Part shown: piece after piece, positions 54,501 through 61,751 of the stretch
Layout: each line of letters starts with the position of its first letter
How positions within the stretch are numbered: the stretch's first letter is position 1
Virus record (IMG/VR): IMGVR_UViG_2837005551_000010
Location: 332 to 64,331 of that record
From: a virus
Taxonomy: Duplodnaviria > Caudoviricetes
Length of the DNA: 64,000 bases
Strand: one strand, 5' to 3'
Translations under genes and position numbers: made by a program
Notes under the pieces: model-generated
What the model saw: the letters and a program-made list of their open reading frames with translations, nothing else
Databases searched by the model: none
What the model was told of the DNA's origin: nothing

Positions 54501-56875
54501 TGTCGCTTGCGTTCCACTTTGACGATTTGAGCAAGCTGGAACTTGCCGAAGAGATTATCCTTGGCGGTAACAAACACTCGGCAAATACCTCGCTTAACGG
54601 CTTTAACCCCCTCGGTTCAATAGTTCTTGGCGATTTGCCGTTCTTGCGTGTGCTTGATGTCAGCCTCACAACGGCTACGAGTATCGACGCAAGCGGATGC
54701 CCTCGTGTTGAAAGCATCATCGCCAACAATACGGAGCTGACAACGTGTAACCTTGCACAGACTTCCCCGATTGAGACGCTGACACTCCCGGCTACAATGA
54801 CATCGCTTGAACTCGTCAACCTGCCTAACCTCTCTTTCCCCGGCGGTCTTACCATTGAAAGTGTCGGCAGTATCACGCGCCTTTGGGTTGAGGGTAGCAA
54901 GTATATCGACACCGAGACACTTCTGCTTGATGTGGCCCGCGCCGGTGCCATCCGAGAGGTACGAATACCCGATGTGAACGTAACGGCATCCGTTACCGTT
55001 CTGCGACTGCTCCGCAATTCCGGTGCCATAGGTCTTGATGCCTCCGGCGCCGCCTATGAGGAAAGCAATCAGTGTTCAGGTGTGATCGGCCGATGGATTC
55101 TTACAGAACTCATCAAGGAAGAGGATAGCGACGGTCTCGCCGGACTCAATAGCCTCAACCGCTACTTCCCCGAATTGGAGGTTATCAACTCACAGTATTC
55201 TCATATCTGCTTTTCAGATTTTGAGAACGACACCGAGAATATAACCAACATGGATGACAGCACGGGCTACAAGTTCGGCAATGCTTACACCGTTCCCGGC
55301 CACTGGGCGAAAATCGAAGAACTGAGCCACGCCTACAAAGCCACGTTCAACTCCCGTGATGGCAAAATGCACCTCCGCCAAATCAGCGATGCCGATTATG
55401 GCAAGATGAAAGACGGCACGGATTATGACCCGGCCGACCTTGCAGGTGAGGGTTTCGACATCATGAAAGACATTTACCCCCATTGGCGTAAGGGTGTCAA
55501 CGACTTCAAGACTCAGGAGAAGCACACCTTCATCAGCTCATGTCCGAATGAACCCATCTCAACCGCAACAAGGGTGAACCGCAAGCATCTTGCCGATATT
55601 ATGGTAAAATCTCTTGCCGCAATCTTCACCGACAATGTTGTTGCCGGCGGAGATTATGAGATTACCGACAACCCCAACATGAATGTCTACGAACTTGATG
55701 TTGCGGGTATGAAACAAGTCCGCTGGCCCGGAGTCAACAACGCCATGATTGGTGCCGTGTTTGTCGGAGAAGATGGAAAGGTTATCAAGAAGTTCAACAT
55801 GAGCGTCGGTGCCGCACTGTTCGACTTTGTGAACGGCGAGTATGTCTATACGGATGTTCCTAACGGAGCGGTCAAAATCGTGTTTACATCACCTGTCGGA
55901 TTTGACAATCTGGAGGCGATAGCCGTTGACAGCTCGGCAGTCGAGGCGATAGAACCCGATTGGGTGTATATCGGTGGCTCCCTTGACAACCCTGCCATCC
56001 GTGAACTCGTAGGCGTGTATGGTATGACACTTGACTCTCTTATGCGCGCCCGCTCAATCAGCGGTGCCGTTACCAAGCGAGGCGAGAACAACAATACCAT
56101 CAATCCCGATTGGCAGTATGATAACGATGGTAATCTTACCAACGCCACGGTACCCTCATCAACTATGACGGGTTCCGCCGCCAACCTCATCAATCTGTGT
56201 CGTATGCGCGGCCCCGGTTTTTACAGCATCGACTACGAGATGAGAATTGACATTGATAACCTTGTTCTCGGCATCATAGGTGATCGCGATGTTCAGGCAG
56301 TGTGCGGTTATGGTTGCGGTTCCGGATATTCCACCGGTGCCAACGGCATGAACGCCTACGGCAACGTGACCAGACGCTGGAATGGCGGTAACACAGGCAA
56401 TATCATCTTCGGCATTCAGAACTATGTCGGCTGTAACTCCGAGTGGCAGGACAATGTAGCGGTCAATGTGCCGAGCTTTGTAGAAATGCGCCGCCAGCGA
56501 TATGCAGAGGTTGCAGCGTTCCCGATTGACGCCAAGTGGCATATCTATAATCCGCTCACTAAGACGGAGCGTGTCGTGCAGGGTATCACGGATACCAACG
56601 GAATGTGTGTCGCCCGTGTCAAACATGGCCGCTATTGCGACATGATAGCCTCTCGCTGTACCACTGACACAAGCAAATACAACGAGAACTATTCCGACGG
56701 CCATTGGTACACAGCCGGGCGAAGCCGTGTCCCTCTGCGGTCGGGCTACAGCGCGTATGCGCATGGCGGTCTCGCGGACTCGGCTGCGAATAACGCCGGG
56801 ACGTACTCGGGCGTGAGCTGCGGCGTGCGGCTGGCCTTCAGAGGCGAGTGCGTGTTCGACGACGAGGCAGCGTAA
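48515..56875 (+). CDS. Giant tail fibre/adhesin and DGR target (LamG-like, CotH-kinase-like, LRR, C-terminal CLec-type variable domain)
   Basis: 2786 aa; C-terminal RVPLRSG...GVRLAFRG variable repeat; internal motif blocks described under findings. Confidence 0.85.
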   Translation: MAITPDEQQSIVSAVLSSIRTNSRTIDQLTPVTSLSETDSFEINGGKRVTYKVLRDLIASLSSSEQDSLKTLINKCELKSVSITVAESTATLSISSVGKAITTSIPIATTSKAGLMTAADKVKLQSAYDTAQAAKDTANTAKSKAESAQSSVTALSDKIGAPNGIAPLDANAKVPAANLPGFVDDVVEFNAMVSGVTSQMASSIHKSTDAGCMVVYDTDNDVFLLAVSKVAVSDNTQWGIIKRPIKNLNAATPAVEGGTLQQQINVSDYWQIQNGGASLILTQFTYYNNWLDADAYGTGTAAGRVPEGGKIYTCTSDNKTFRWSGSELVTIGSDLALGHTASTAFPGDEGAQLQEDLKDTRDEVQNESMRVNNIGILPFDGFYEDNPDQSTGVWYRRYPANEGGTCCMWSNKFPEGYHPTDYNTTFHGFQKIREDRIFRLANDLYRFDGENLVKVGGASVGNVYNLTAELPTPDPEKIFYTLNDSTDKYYAPAAVLAQGKAKIGMDITFAIAKGSWKSYKYIGLTLDANDVLDKDNWLDLAGMSAGSEPFVNINAVCEDKDYTLSLAIQALLDLKETTGIDYRKEGMVITYRRSSNPFVWETKQYQGALTDLTATNEAQWVDFGNGGGGKVETSDTPEKDGKDALSTGGAYEIQQNQFAGLEMVPDPTDYIIQGVSKAGNPIGDSIKIPKSNGAGTASGSTLTIYCDQAVWGAFGSEVSLMVAIKSVSYDGEDEVLGTIRTISIIDPVTNIELWSEVKNERSSTSAADLKFKFDFTDFITSASSRDFIIQATDADGNRRTKTITVTAVDVTCTCIQTLNYSTSTALEVGVNRDKSLPMYKFENNVSTRLGILVTTEMFYNGEWRTLGTATVVDSYSHNISINPCNVFGGGERLEHGAYPIRIQGKDLASGVVGNMVYTAVMCVDSTNATPIVVMRYDDRTEGKVRLYDSISVDVAAYTPGKTNTPVEVMIDGHIATTVNCPIGQPYNVSKQIQGYATDGSKSFDVYARSGASKSETITLTVEGSAIDASLKEGALFSFDFSTRSNTETDHRIIDNGYEMTLNGCNYNSNGFVNVLGETVCRIAENVTAEIPYAPFSSAALETAGAAIQLAFSTKSIKDKNAMLCECYDPTAGVGFYIRGNEIVLSVLNGTPKQQRVGFKCGEKITVAVVVEPGTKYVTYKGINYSFVKLYVNGEECAAIGYQPGTSALRQSKNITFNSANGDFNLNYIMPYSSYMEWLQAFRNYLCKLSNVTAMIAEYDKENVLDTTGKPSMSLMAAKGMPYYVIVADQTTFNNFDYALNGGTSTSDQFACTLYYYNPQHPECNFKAINVLWRRQGTTSAQRPEKNDRFNFNKKNKTTGLKATVTLLNPDDSTELGRKAILAAKHNKVFVHETGHFVDVITVKKDYSDSSMANDCGVCDLMNATFRSLGSSYLTPAQRAFDGTQDLGDGDILTGIQMDHSTKNHPIAYFRATTDTLQDAWFQARGNWKEDKGEQVALGFKDTPGYNLGCLNYGDFVEYFGTPDETLAQTEARFKADPETNTEKAHGNVYLISQYCGRDYAIYRYKNGAWTRSTGSMKQVNGKWVVTGDVLNPVTGYELLQYAGMDWWQGVNTVEDMMKPTTQKSSWVNKLGLAATEYPAWTYYFECMVDDDQLQEDLALGKKVPYDLFNMLRFFDSCDYSKVTGWEKIWKENAYRYMSLESAMAYTAFTDYLAAVDQRAKNMQPMFFLEDGCSVENGVYSGYRNMEPTRMYLNKVYDCDTCNGADNDGGRDIDAEVDPNKMTDEATGYTNPYMGYGSVLFNNIDRQQECWNSNDLGVTTISLKSVVNRMRNQTAEIGGKTMAPFSPDGAMYFFVESRLMFWPKTIATYDCESKYIDKTHFANMPYFYALHGLGLTSLPRFIEQRWAIRDGYYQTGDFFTNPLSGRVSAISSKSKIYITAAATGYFGIGNDASGQLSETVYLEAGQSHAFTDFAHDSGALLYIYNPGRMSRIDLSEMSLAFHFDDLSKLELAEEIILGGNKHSANTSLNGFNPLGSIVLGDLPFLRVLDVSLTTATSIDASGCPRVESIIANNTELTTCNLAQTSPIETLTLPATMTSLELVNLPNLSFPGGLTIESVGSITRLWVEGSKYIDTETLLLDVARAGAIREVRIPDVNVTASVTVLRLLRNSGAIGLDASGAAYEESNQCSGVIGRWILTELIKEEDSDGLAGLNSLNRYFPELEVINSQYSHICFSDFENDTENITNMDDSTGYKFGNAYTVPGHWAKIEELSHAYKATFNSRDGKMHLRQISDADYGKMKDGTDYDPADLAGEGFDIMKDIYPHWRKGVNDFKTQEKHTFISSCPNEPISTATRVNRKHLADIMVKSLAAIFTDNVVAGGDYEITDNPNMNVYELDVAGMKQVRWPGVNNAMIGAVFVGEDGKVIKKFNMSVGAALFDFVNGEYVYTDVPNGAVKIVFTSPVGFDNLEAIAVDSSAVEAIEPDWVYIGGSLDNPAIRELVGVYGMTLDSLMRARSISGAVTKRGENNNTINPDWQYDNDGNLTNATVPSSTMTGSAANLINLCRMRGPGFYSIDYEMRIDIDNLVLGIIGDRDVQAVCGYGCGSGYSTGANGMNAYGNVTRRWNGGNTGNIIFGIQNYVGCNSEWQDNVAVNVPSFVEMRRQRYAEVAAFPIDAKWHIYNPLTKTERVVQGITDTNGMCVARVKHGRYCDMIASRCTTDTSKYNENYSDGHWYTAGRSRVPLRSGYSAYAHGGLADSAANNAGTYSGVSCGVRLAFRGECVFDDEAA
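56724..56833 (+). repeat. DGR variable repeat VR1 (in the target gene)
   Basis: 110 bp; 15 differences from TR, 13 at TR adenines (exceptions T>G at 56777, C>T at 56814). Confidence 0.95.
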
Positions 56876-56965
56876 AACGCAGAGCGCGTTTTGCGAAAAA
56901 ACGACAGAGGGAGAGCCGACCAACGGGAGGCTGCTCCCTCTCTCTTTATCCCGCCTCTGGCGGGT
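56874..56965 (+). promoter_or_regulatory. Hairpins downstream of VR (candidate retrohoming cis elements / terminator); repeated at +312
   Basis: AAAACGC/GCGTTTT, AGAGGGAG/CTCCCTCT, CCCGCC-TCT-GGCGGG. Confidence 0.55.
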
Positions 56966-57035
56966 CGATAAATTTTGATTTTTCTAATTGACCGATTTTT
57001 AGTAATTTTGTACCCAAAAGGTAGATAACCTCAAT

Positions 57036-57145
57036 GCCGTGTCCCTCTGCGGTCGAGCGACAACGCGAATGCGGGTGGCGGTCTCGCGTACTCGGTTGCG
57101 AATTACGCCGGGACGGTCTCGGTCACGAGCTGCGGCGTGCGGCTG
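57036..57145 (+). repeat. Silent second variable repeat VR2 (TR leader upstream, VR 3' end downstream)
   Basis: 110 bp; 12 differences from TR, all at adenines; in-frame TAA and no ATG upstream. Confidence 0.85.
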
Positions 57146-57347
57146 GCCTTCAGAGGCGAGTGCGTGTTCGACGACGAGGCAGCGTAAAACGCAGAGCGCG
57201 TTTTGCGAAAAAACGACAGAGGGAGAGCCGACCAACGGGAGGCTGCTCCCTCTCTCTTTATCCCGCCTCTGGCGGGTCGATAAATTTTGATTTTTCTAAT
57301 TGACCGATTTTTAGTAATTTTGTACCCAAAAGGTAGATAACCTCAAT

Positions 57348-57457
57348 GCCGTGTCCCTCTGCGGTCGAGCAACAACGCGAATGCGAATGGCGGTCTCGCG
57401 TACTCGAATGCGAATAACGCCGGGACGAACTCGAACACGAACTACGGCGTGCGGCTG
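57348..57457 (+). ncRNA. DGR template repeat (TR)
   Basis: Ten AAY codons and 25 adenines; diverges from the VRs after GTGCGGCTG (TR ACATTAAGG vs VR GCCTTCAGA); TAATTTTG -7 box at 57315; upstream of the RT. Confidence 0.95.
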
Positions 57458-57621
57458 ACATTAAGGACTATAATCATGGGCGGGTTAACCGCTCTTATTA
57501 TATAAATCGCCACACTGCAACGTCCACGTGCTGGGCAATGAAAGAGACGAGAGGTTAGAGCCTCGGCAACCCTCGCGCAAGCAGAAAGCCGGAACATAAC
57601 GAAGAGCCCTGAAGGCGCGTC

Positions 57622-59055
57622 ATGGAGATTCAGTATCCAATTGATAATCTTATCCCAGAGATTGTCAGCGACTCCAATATGTATAGTGGCTATGATTATG
57701 TAATCAGCCATTTGGAGAGCAAAGAGCAACGGGCCAAATATGCTCCCGACAAGGAGCCAAAGACGGAGTATGATTTTAATACTCCCGAAGAATACGCCGC
57801 ATATCTGGAACAACAGATTTATGCGGCGAAAGTGCGTGATGCTATAATCGGCACTCTGAAAAGGCAGATTGCCGATGGCTCTTTTAGGATCACGCTGAAA
57901 GATGTAAAGACACTACGGGTTAAGGATGGACCTAAAGAGCGGGAGTGCCAGGCACCTAAAGTCCCAAAGCGTGTCGGATGCCATTGTATAATGGTGGTGG
58001 TTGAGAAATACACTTATCCCTCACTGATTCACAATACGGGAGCCTCTATCAAAGGAAGGGGTATGCACTGGATGCACCATATTATTGAGGATGATATTAA
58101 GGCGGTGCCGGGACTGTTTACCCACTATTATAAAAATGACATTTCCCATTATTACGACAGTATAAGCCAGGAGCGGATGAAATGCGTAATCCGGCAATAC
58201 ATCAGTGACTCCGTTCTGCTTCCGATTCTTGATAGTTTCATAACGCTGCTCCCCGAAGGACTTTCAAAAGGATTGCGTTCATCGCAGACTTTCGGAAATC
58301 TCTTTATTTCGCCGGTCCACCATAAGATGCTCTCTATGGCAGAACGATATTTCATATCAAATGAGGATGGGAGTGTCGAGGTCAGATATCTCTACTACAA
58401 CTATTGCGATGATACTGCAATCGGGGGCAATGACAAGAAACGGCTCTGGCAGTTGCGGGATGTCTATGTTGAGGAGATGGCAAAACTCGGTTTGACTGTC
58501 AAACCTAACGAGGCGGTTAGACCGCTTACGGATGGTCTTGATATGGTTGGTTATGTTCATTATCCGACTCACACCCTGCTCCGTAAGAGAACGAAACAAA
58601 ATGCGGCCCGGAAGCTGGCTAAGGTTAAATCTCGAAAGCGCCGACAAAAAATCATAGGCTCTTTCAAGGGTATGGCTTGCCATGCTGACTGCAAGCATTT
58701 ATATTTCAAATTAACACATCATCAAATGCAAAAATTTTCAGAGATGGGAATTTCCTATACTCCCGCAAACGGAAAGGAAATGCTCCCCGGCAATGTCGTA
58801 AGACTCGCCGCCCTCCAGAATAAGACCATCGAGGTTCACAAGTTCGTATCCGGGCAGGAAACCGGCTACGGCAAAGACCGATATATCGTATCGTGCCGCG
58901 ACCCGCAGACGGGAACTTGGATGAAATTCTTCACCTCCTCCGAAGAGATGAAACAGATACTCGAAAAAGTTCGCGACGTTGACGGATTTCCATTTGAGAC
59001 CATCATCCAAAGCGAGGTATTTGACGGAAACAAAGTAAAATACAAGTTTACCTAA
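57622..59055 (+). CDS. DGR reverse transcriptase with C-terminal extra domain
   Basis: YYKNDISHYYDSI, LSKGLRSSQTFGN (GxxxSQ), YCDD catalytic motif, GLDMVGY; adjacent TR/VR pair. Confidence 0.95.
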   Translation: MEIQYPIDNLIPEIVSDSNMYSGYDYVISHLESKEQRAKYAPDKEPKTEYDFNTPEEYAAYLEQQIYAAKVRDAIIGTLKRQIADGSFRITLKDVKTLRVKDGPKERECQAPKVPKRVGCHCIMVVVEKYTYPSLIHNTGASIKGRGMHWMHHIIEDDIKAVPGLFTHYYKNDISHYYDSISQERMKCVIRQYISDSVLLPILDSFITLLPEGLSKGLRSSQTFGNLFISPVHHKMLSMAERYFISNEDGSVEVRYLYYNYCDDTAIGGNDKKRLWQLRDVYVEEMAKLGLTVKPNEAVRPLTDGLDMVGYVHYPTHTLLRKRTKQNAARKLAKVKSRKRRQKIIGSFKGMACHADCKHLYFKLTHHQMQKFSEMGISYTPANGKEMLPGNVVRLAALQNKTIEVHKFVSGQETGYGKDRYIVSCRDPQTGTWMKFFTSSEEMKQILEKVRDVDGFPFETIIQSEVFDGNKVKYKFT

Positions 59056-59063
59056 GAATCAGC

Positions 59064-59108
59064 TTTTCGGTCATTTGGCTCAACCTGCCGTTTTTCGTTG
59101 TATATTAG
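59064..59108 (+). promoter_or_regulatory. Class L (late) promoter downstream of the RT
   Basis: TTTTCGG (59064), TTTGGCTCAACC (59074), TATATTAG (59101). Confidence 0.55.
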
Positions 59109-59126
59109 CGCAAAAATCATTTTGCA

Positions 59127-59633
59127 ATGAAAAAGATATACGGCGCCAAAGAGCGGCAAGATGGCTTATACTCTATCGGCCGCAACAAATGGGAGGTGTT
59201 CTTCGGGTTCTGGAAAGACAATGAAGAAGATGAAAACGGCTTCAACCTCCGCAAAAAATACACCAAGAAGCCGACAAATGAGGAGATTATCAGCGACATC
59301 TTCGATGCTCTGAACAAGATGTGCGATGATAAAATCCTCTCCGGCCATACATTCAAAGGTATGCCCGTGTGGTTGTCTAAGGAGAATCAGAGCAACTACG
59401 AGACAGCCCGGAACATTGCCCGTGATACCAACGGGGAATCTCTGCCGGAAACATTCAAGTTTGGCGGCGATTTCGACTTGTACCTCTACGACTTCAAGAC
59501 ATTTGAAGATATTGATGATTTCTATATGGGCTGTTACCGATTCATCAAGCAGTGTCTTGCCGAGTGTTGGGCGTACAAAGCCGAGGCGTTGGCATTATTC
59601 CCGGTTGCGAACATAAGCCTGCCGGAGTTATGA
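59127..59633 (+). CDS. Putative tail fibre assembly protein (DUF4376-like)
   Basis: DDKILSGHTFKGMPVWLSKENQSNY...FKFG; follows the tail fibre module. Confidence 0.55.
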   Translation: MKKIYGAKERQDGLYSIGRNKWEVFFGFWKDNEEDENGFNLRKKYTKKPTNEEIISDIFDALNKMCDDKILSGHTFKGMPVWLSKENQSNYETARNIARDTNGESLPETFKFGGDFDLYLYDFKTFEDIDDFYMGCYRFIKQCLAECWAYKAEALALFPVANISLPEL

Positions 59634-60094
59634 TAGCCAGTGTCGTTATTTCGGCTGTCTTATTTGCGGCATTGATTATCGGCTATGCGTTGAGGCATAA
59701 GCATCCCGAATCATTGAGCGCGATTTATTACGGAATGGCAAACGGGTGGATGTTCCCACTTACTCTCGGAGTTTGTGCCGGGCTCATTATCGCGCCGATG
59801 TTTGAGATTACGCCGGAGAGGTTTCAGTTCCTTGTGTTCCTGCTTATGGCAGGTGCCATGTTTGTTGCCGCAAGTCCTAAGTATCGTGATGGTCTTGATG
59901 GCCCGGTACATTATACCTCTGCCATAATTATGTGTGCTGCTCTATTGGCATGGGTGATAGCAATGGGATATTTTCCATATTTCGGGATTACCGGAGGGAT
60001 TGTAGGACTATTCAAGCGGAGGTATCTCGTATATGCCTTTGAGGTCGGGATGCTGGTCAATTTATTCTATGTCTTGATTTTTGAATTAGTGTAA
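59630..60094 (+). CDS. Multi-pass membrane protein
   Basis: About five hydrophobic helices; start moved to Met27. Confidence 0.7.
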   Translation: MIASVVISAVLFAALIIGYALRHKHPESLSAIYYGMANGWMFPLTLGVCAGLIIAPMFEITPERFQFLVFLLMAGAMFVAASPKYRDGLDGPVHYTSAIIMCAALLAWVIAMGYFPYFGITGGIVGLFKRRYLVYAFEVGMLVNLFYVLIFELV

Positions 60095-60115
60095 TATATT
60101 AGTGAGTATGTGCAT

Positions 60116-60158
60116 GAGATGGTGCGAATCGAAAGGTTCGTGCCATCTCGCTTTTTTT
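60116..60158 (+). terminator. Intrinsic terminator
   Basis: GAGATGGTGCGAATC-GAAA-GGTTCGTGCCATCTC then a T run. Confidence 0.7.
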
Positions 60159-60265
60159 GCAAGTCGCTTAAATAGGGCGATTTAAGGTGTTTTGCTTATG
60201 TCGGTTTTTCGGCAATTCGTTGAATGAGTGGCTTATTCACTTACTTTTGGGCAAAAATAAGACTT

Positions 60266-60529
60266 ATGAAGATAGCCAACGATAAAATCAAACATTTCTC
60301 GGCTTGCGCCGTAGTATCATTCACAGCATCAGCCATAGAGTTTAATGCGGAATATCACAACGCATGGATCGCCGGTTTTATCGCTGGCATGGCTATCGGT
60401 GTCGGCAAGGAGTATGGTGATAAATGTGCCATAGGAAACAAATGGGATTGGTCAGACATAGGTGCCGATGCTCTCGGTTCGGTTGTCGGTGCGACACTTG
60501 GCTCCCTTTTCACATTACTGAAACATTAA
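60266..60529 (+). CDS. Small membrane protein (VanZ/YfiM-like, DK..HF motif)
   Basis: NDKIKHF...GKEYGD...WDWSDIGADALG; start moved to Met15. Confidence 0.7.
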   Translation: MKIANDKIKHFSACAVVSFTASAIEFNAEYHNAWIAGFIAGMAIGVGKEYGDKCAIGNKWDWSDIGADALGSVVGATLGSLFTLLKH

Positions 60530-60540
60530 ATCTTTAAGAC

Positions 60541-61017
60541 ATGAACCATATCTCTGAATTTCTCCGCTGGGTGTTCACGGCTATTGGAGCCATAGTAGCA
60601 ATACTTGAACCAACATTGCCATATCTCATCATTTGCACCCTTATGATATTCGCCGACTGTTTCACCGCCTGGCAACTATCCAAACGAGCCAGAAAAGCTC
60701 ATCCCGAAAGAGTGAGCGACGACGGCAAAAAATTCAAATCTCAACATTTCGGCAAGGTCATAATGACGGTGTTGAAAGCATGGGCTCTTATCATCATGGC
60801 GTTTCTCATGCAGAAGCACATCACCGATGGTTTGCCTATCGACCTTACCAAAGTGGCAGCCGGAGCGATATGCTTTTGGCAGTTGTGGTCCATCCTTGAG
60901 AACGAGTCCAGTTGTAACGGCGCAAAGTGGGCGAAACTTCTTCAGCGCATCGTTGTCGATAAGACCGAGCGGCACTTTGACATAGACCTGTCCGAAATCA
61001 AATCTAAAACTGAATAA
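60541..61017 (+). CDS. Holin
   Basis: Three TM segments, ADCFTA, WSILENE; directly upstream of the endolysin. Confidence 0.8.
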   Translation: MNHISEFLRWVFTAIGAIVAILEPTLPYLIICTLMIFADCFTAWQLSKRARKAHPERVSDDGKKFKSQHFGKVIMTVLKAWALIIMAFLMQKHITDGLPIDLTKVAAGAICFWQLWSILENESSCNGAKWAKLLQRIVVDKTERHFDIDLSEIKSKTE

Positions 61018-61018
61018 T

Positions 61019-61747
61019 ATGACTACAATCAAGAAAGGTAGCCGGGGCGATGATGTGAAGAAGCTCCAGCAGGCATTGAACAAAGCCTGCAACTGCGGTC
61101 TGAGCGAAGATGGTGTTTTCGGTGCAAAAACGGAAACCGCTTTGAAGGACTATCAAAGGAAATATGGACTGACTCCCGATGGGATAGCCGGCCCCAAGAC
61201 CTGGAGCAAGTTGGGCTATTCAACATCGGAGGTGCCTATGTCCCGTCTCATCGACGAGATTATTCTCCATTGTTCCGCCACCAAAGAGGGCGTGAACTTC
61301 ACAAGCGACTCGGTCAATGCCGCCCACAAAGCGCGCAAGTTCTCAACCTATGTTGATTCCAAGACCGGGAAGACACTTTACATCGGATATCACTTCTATA
61401 TCCGTCTTGACGGAACAATAGAGGAGTGCCGCCCCATAAACGTGCGCGGATGCCATGCGGTCAATCATAATGCACGCTCCATCGGCATCTGCTATGCCGG
61501 CGGTCTTGACAAAGCGGACACCAACGGCACGAAGATAAAGGACACAAGAACACCGGCCCAGAAAGCAGCAATCCTATCACTCTGCAAGCGACTGATTGCC
61601 GAGTATCCGACAATTAAGCGCATCATCGGGCACCGCGATACATCGCCCGACCTCAACGGCAATGGAGTTATTGAGCCGTTTGAGTATATCAAAGGCTGTC
61701 CGTGCTTTGACGCTATCCCGGAGTACAAACATCTTTTCAAAGTATGA
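61019..61747 (+). CDS. Endolysin: peptidoglycan-binding domain plus N-acetylmuramoyl-L-alanine amidase
   Basis: GSRGDDVKKLQ...DGIAGPKTW; IILHCSAT, IGYHF, GCHA...SIGICYAGG, GHRD, KGCPCFD. Confidence 0.92.
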   Translation: MTTIKKGSRGDDVKKLQQALNKACNCGLSEDGVFGAKTETALKDYQRKYGLTPDGIAGPKTWSKLGYSTSEVPMSRLIDEIILHCSATKEGVNFTSDSVNAAHKARKFSTYVDSKTGKTLYIGYHFYIRLDGTIEECRPINVRGCHAVNHNARSIGICYAGGLDKADTNGTKIKDTRTPAQKAAILSLCKRLIAEYPTIKRIIGHRDTSPDLNGNGVIEPFEYIKGCPCFDAIPEYKHLFKV

Positions 61748-61751
61748 GCCG

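Larger units (their letters stand above)
56724..57347 (+). repeat. 312-bp tandem duplication (VR + gene end + spacer + TR leader), two copies
   Basis: Units start at 56724 and 57036, TR at 57348; the 202-bp spacers appear identical on manual comparison. Confidence 0.9.

Noticed and set aside
56724-57457. CRISPR array or insertion-sequence repeats
   Set aside because: The repeats are 110-312 bp, the long spacers are identical and the variation is adenine-specific; no cas or transposase gene seen
56999-57461. Track ORFs 56999-57235, 57034-57303, 57039-57290 and 57258-57461
   Set aside because: By-products of the GC-rich duplicated VR/TR sequence
57622-59055. RT as a group II intron, retron or Abi RT
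   Set aside because: The GxxxSQ motif and an adjacent TR/VR pair with adenine-specific differences identify a DGR; no intron domains or msr/msd seen
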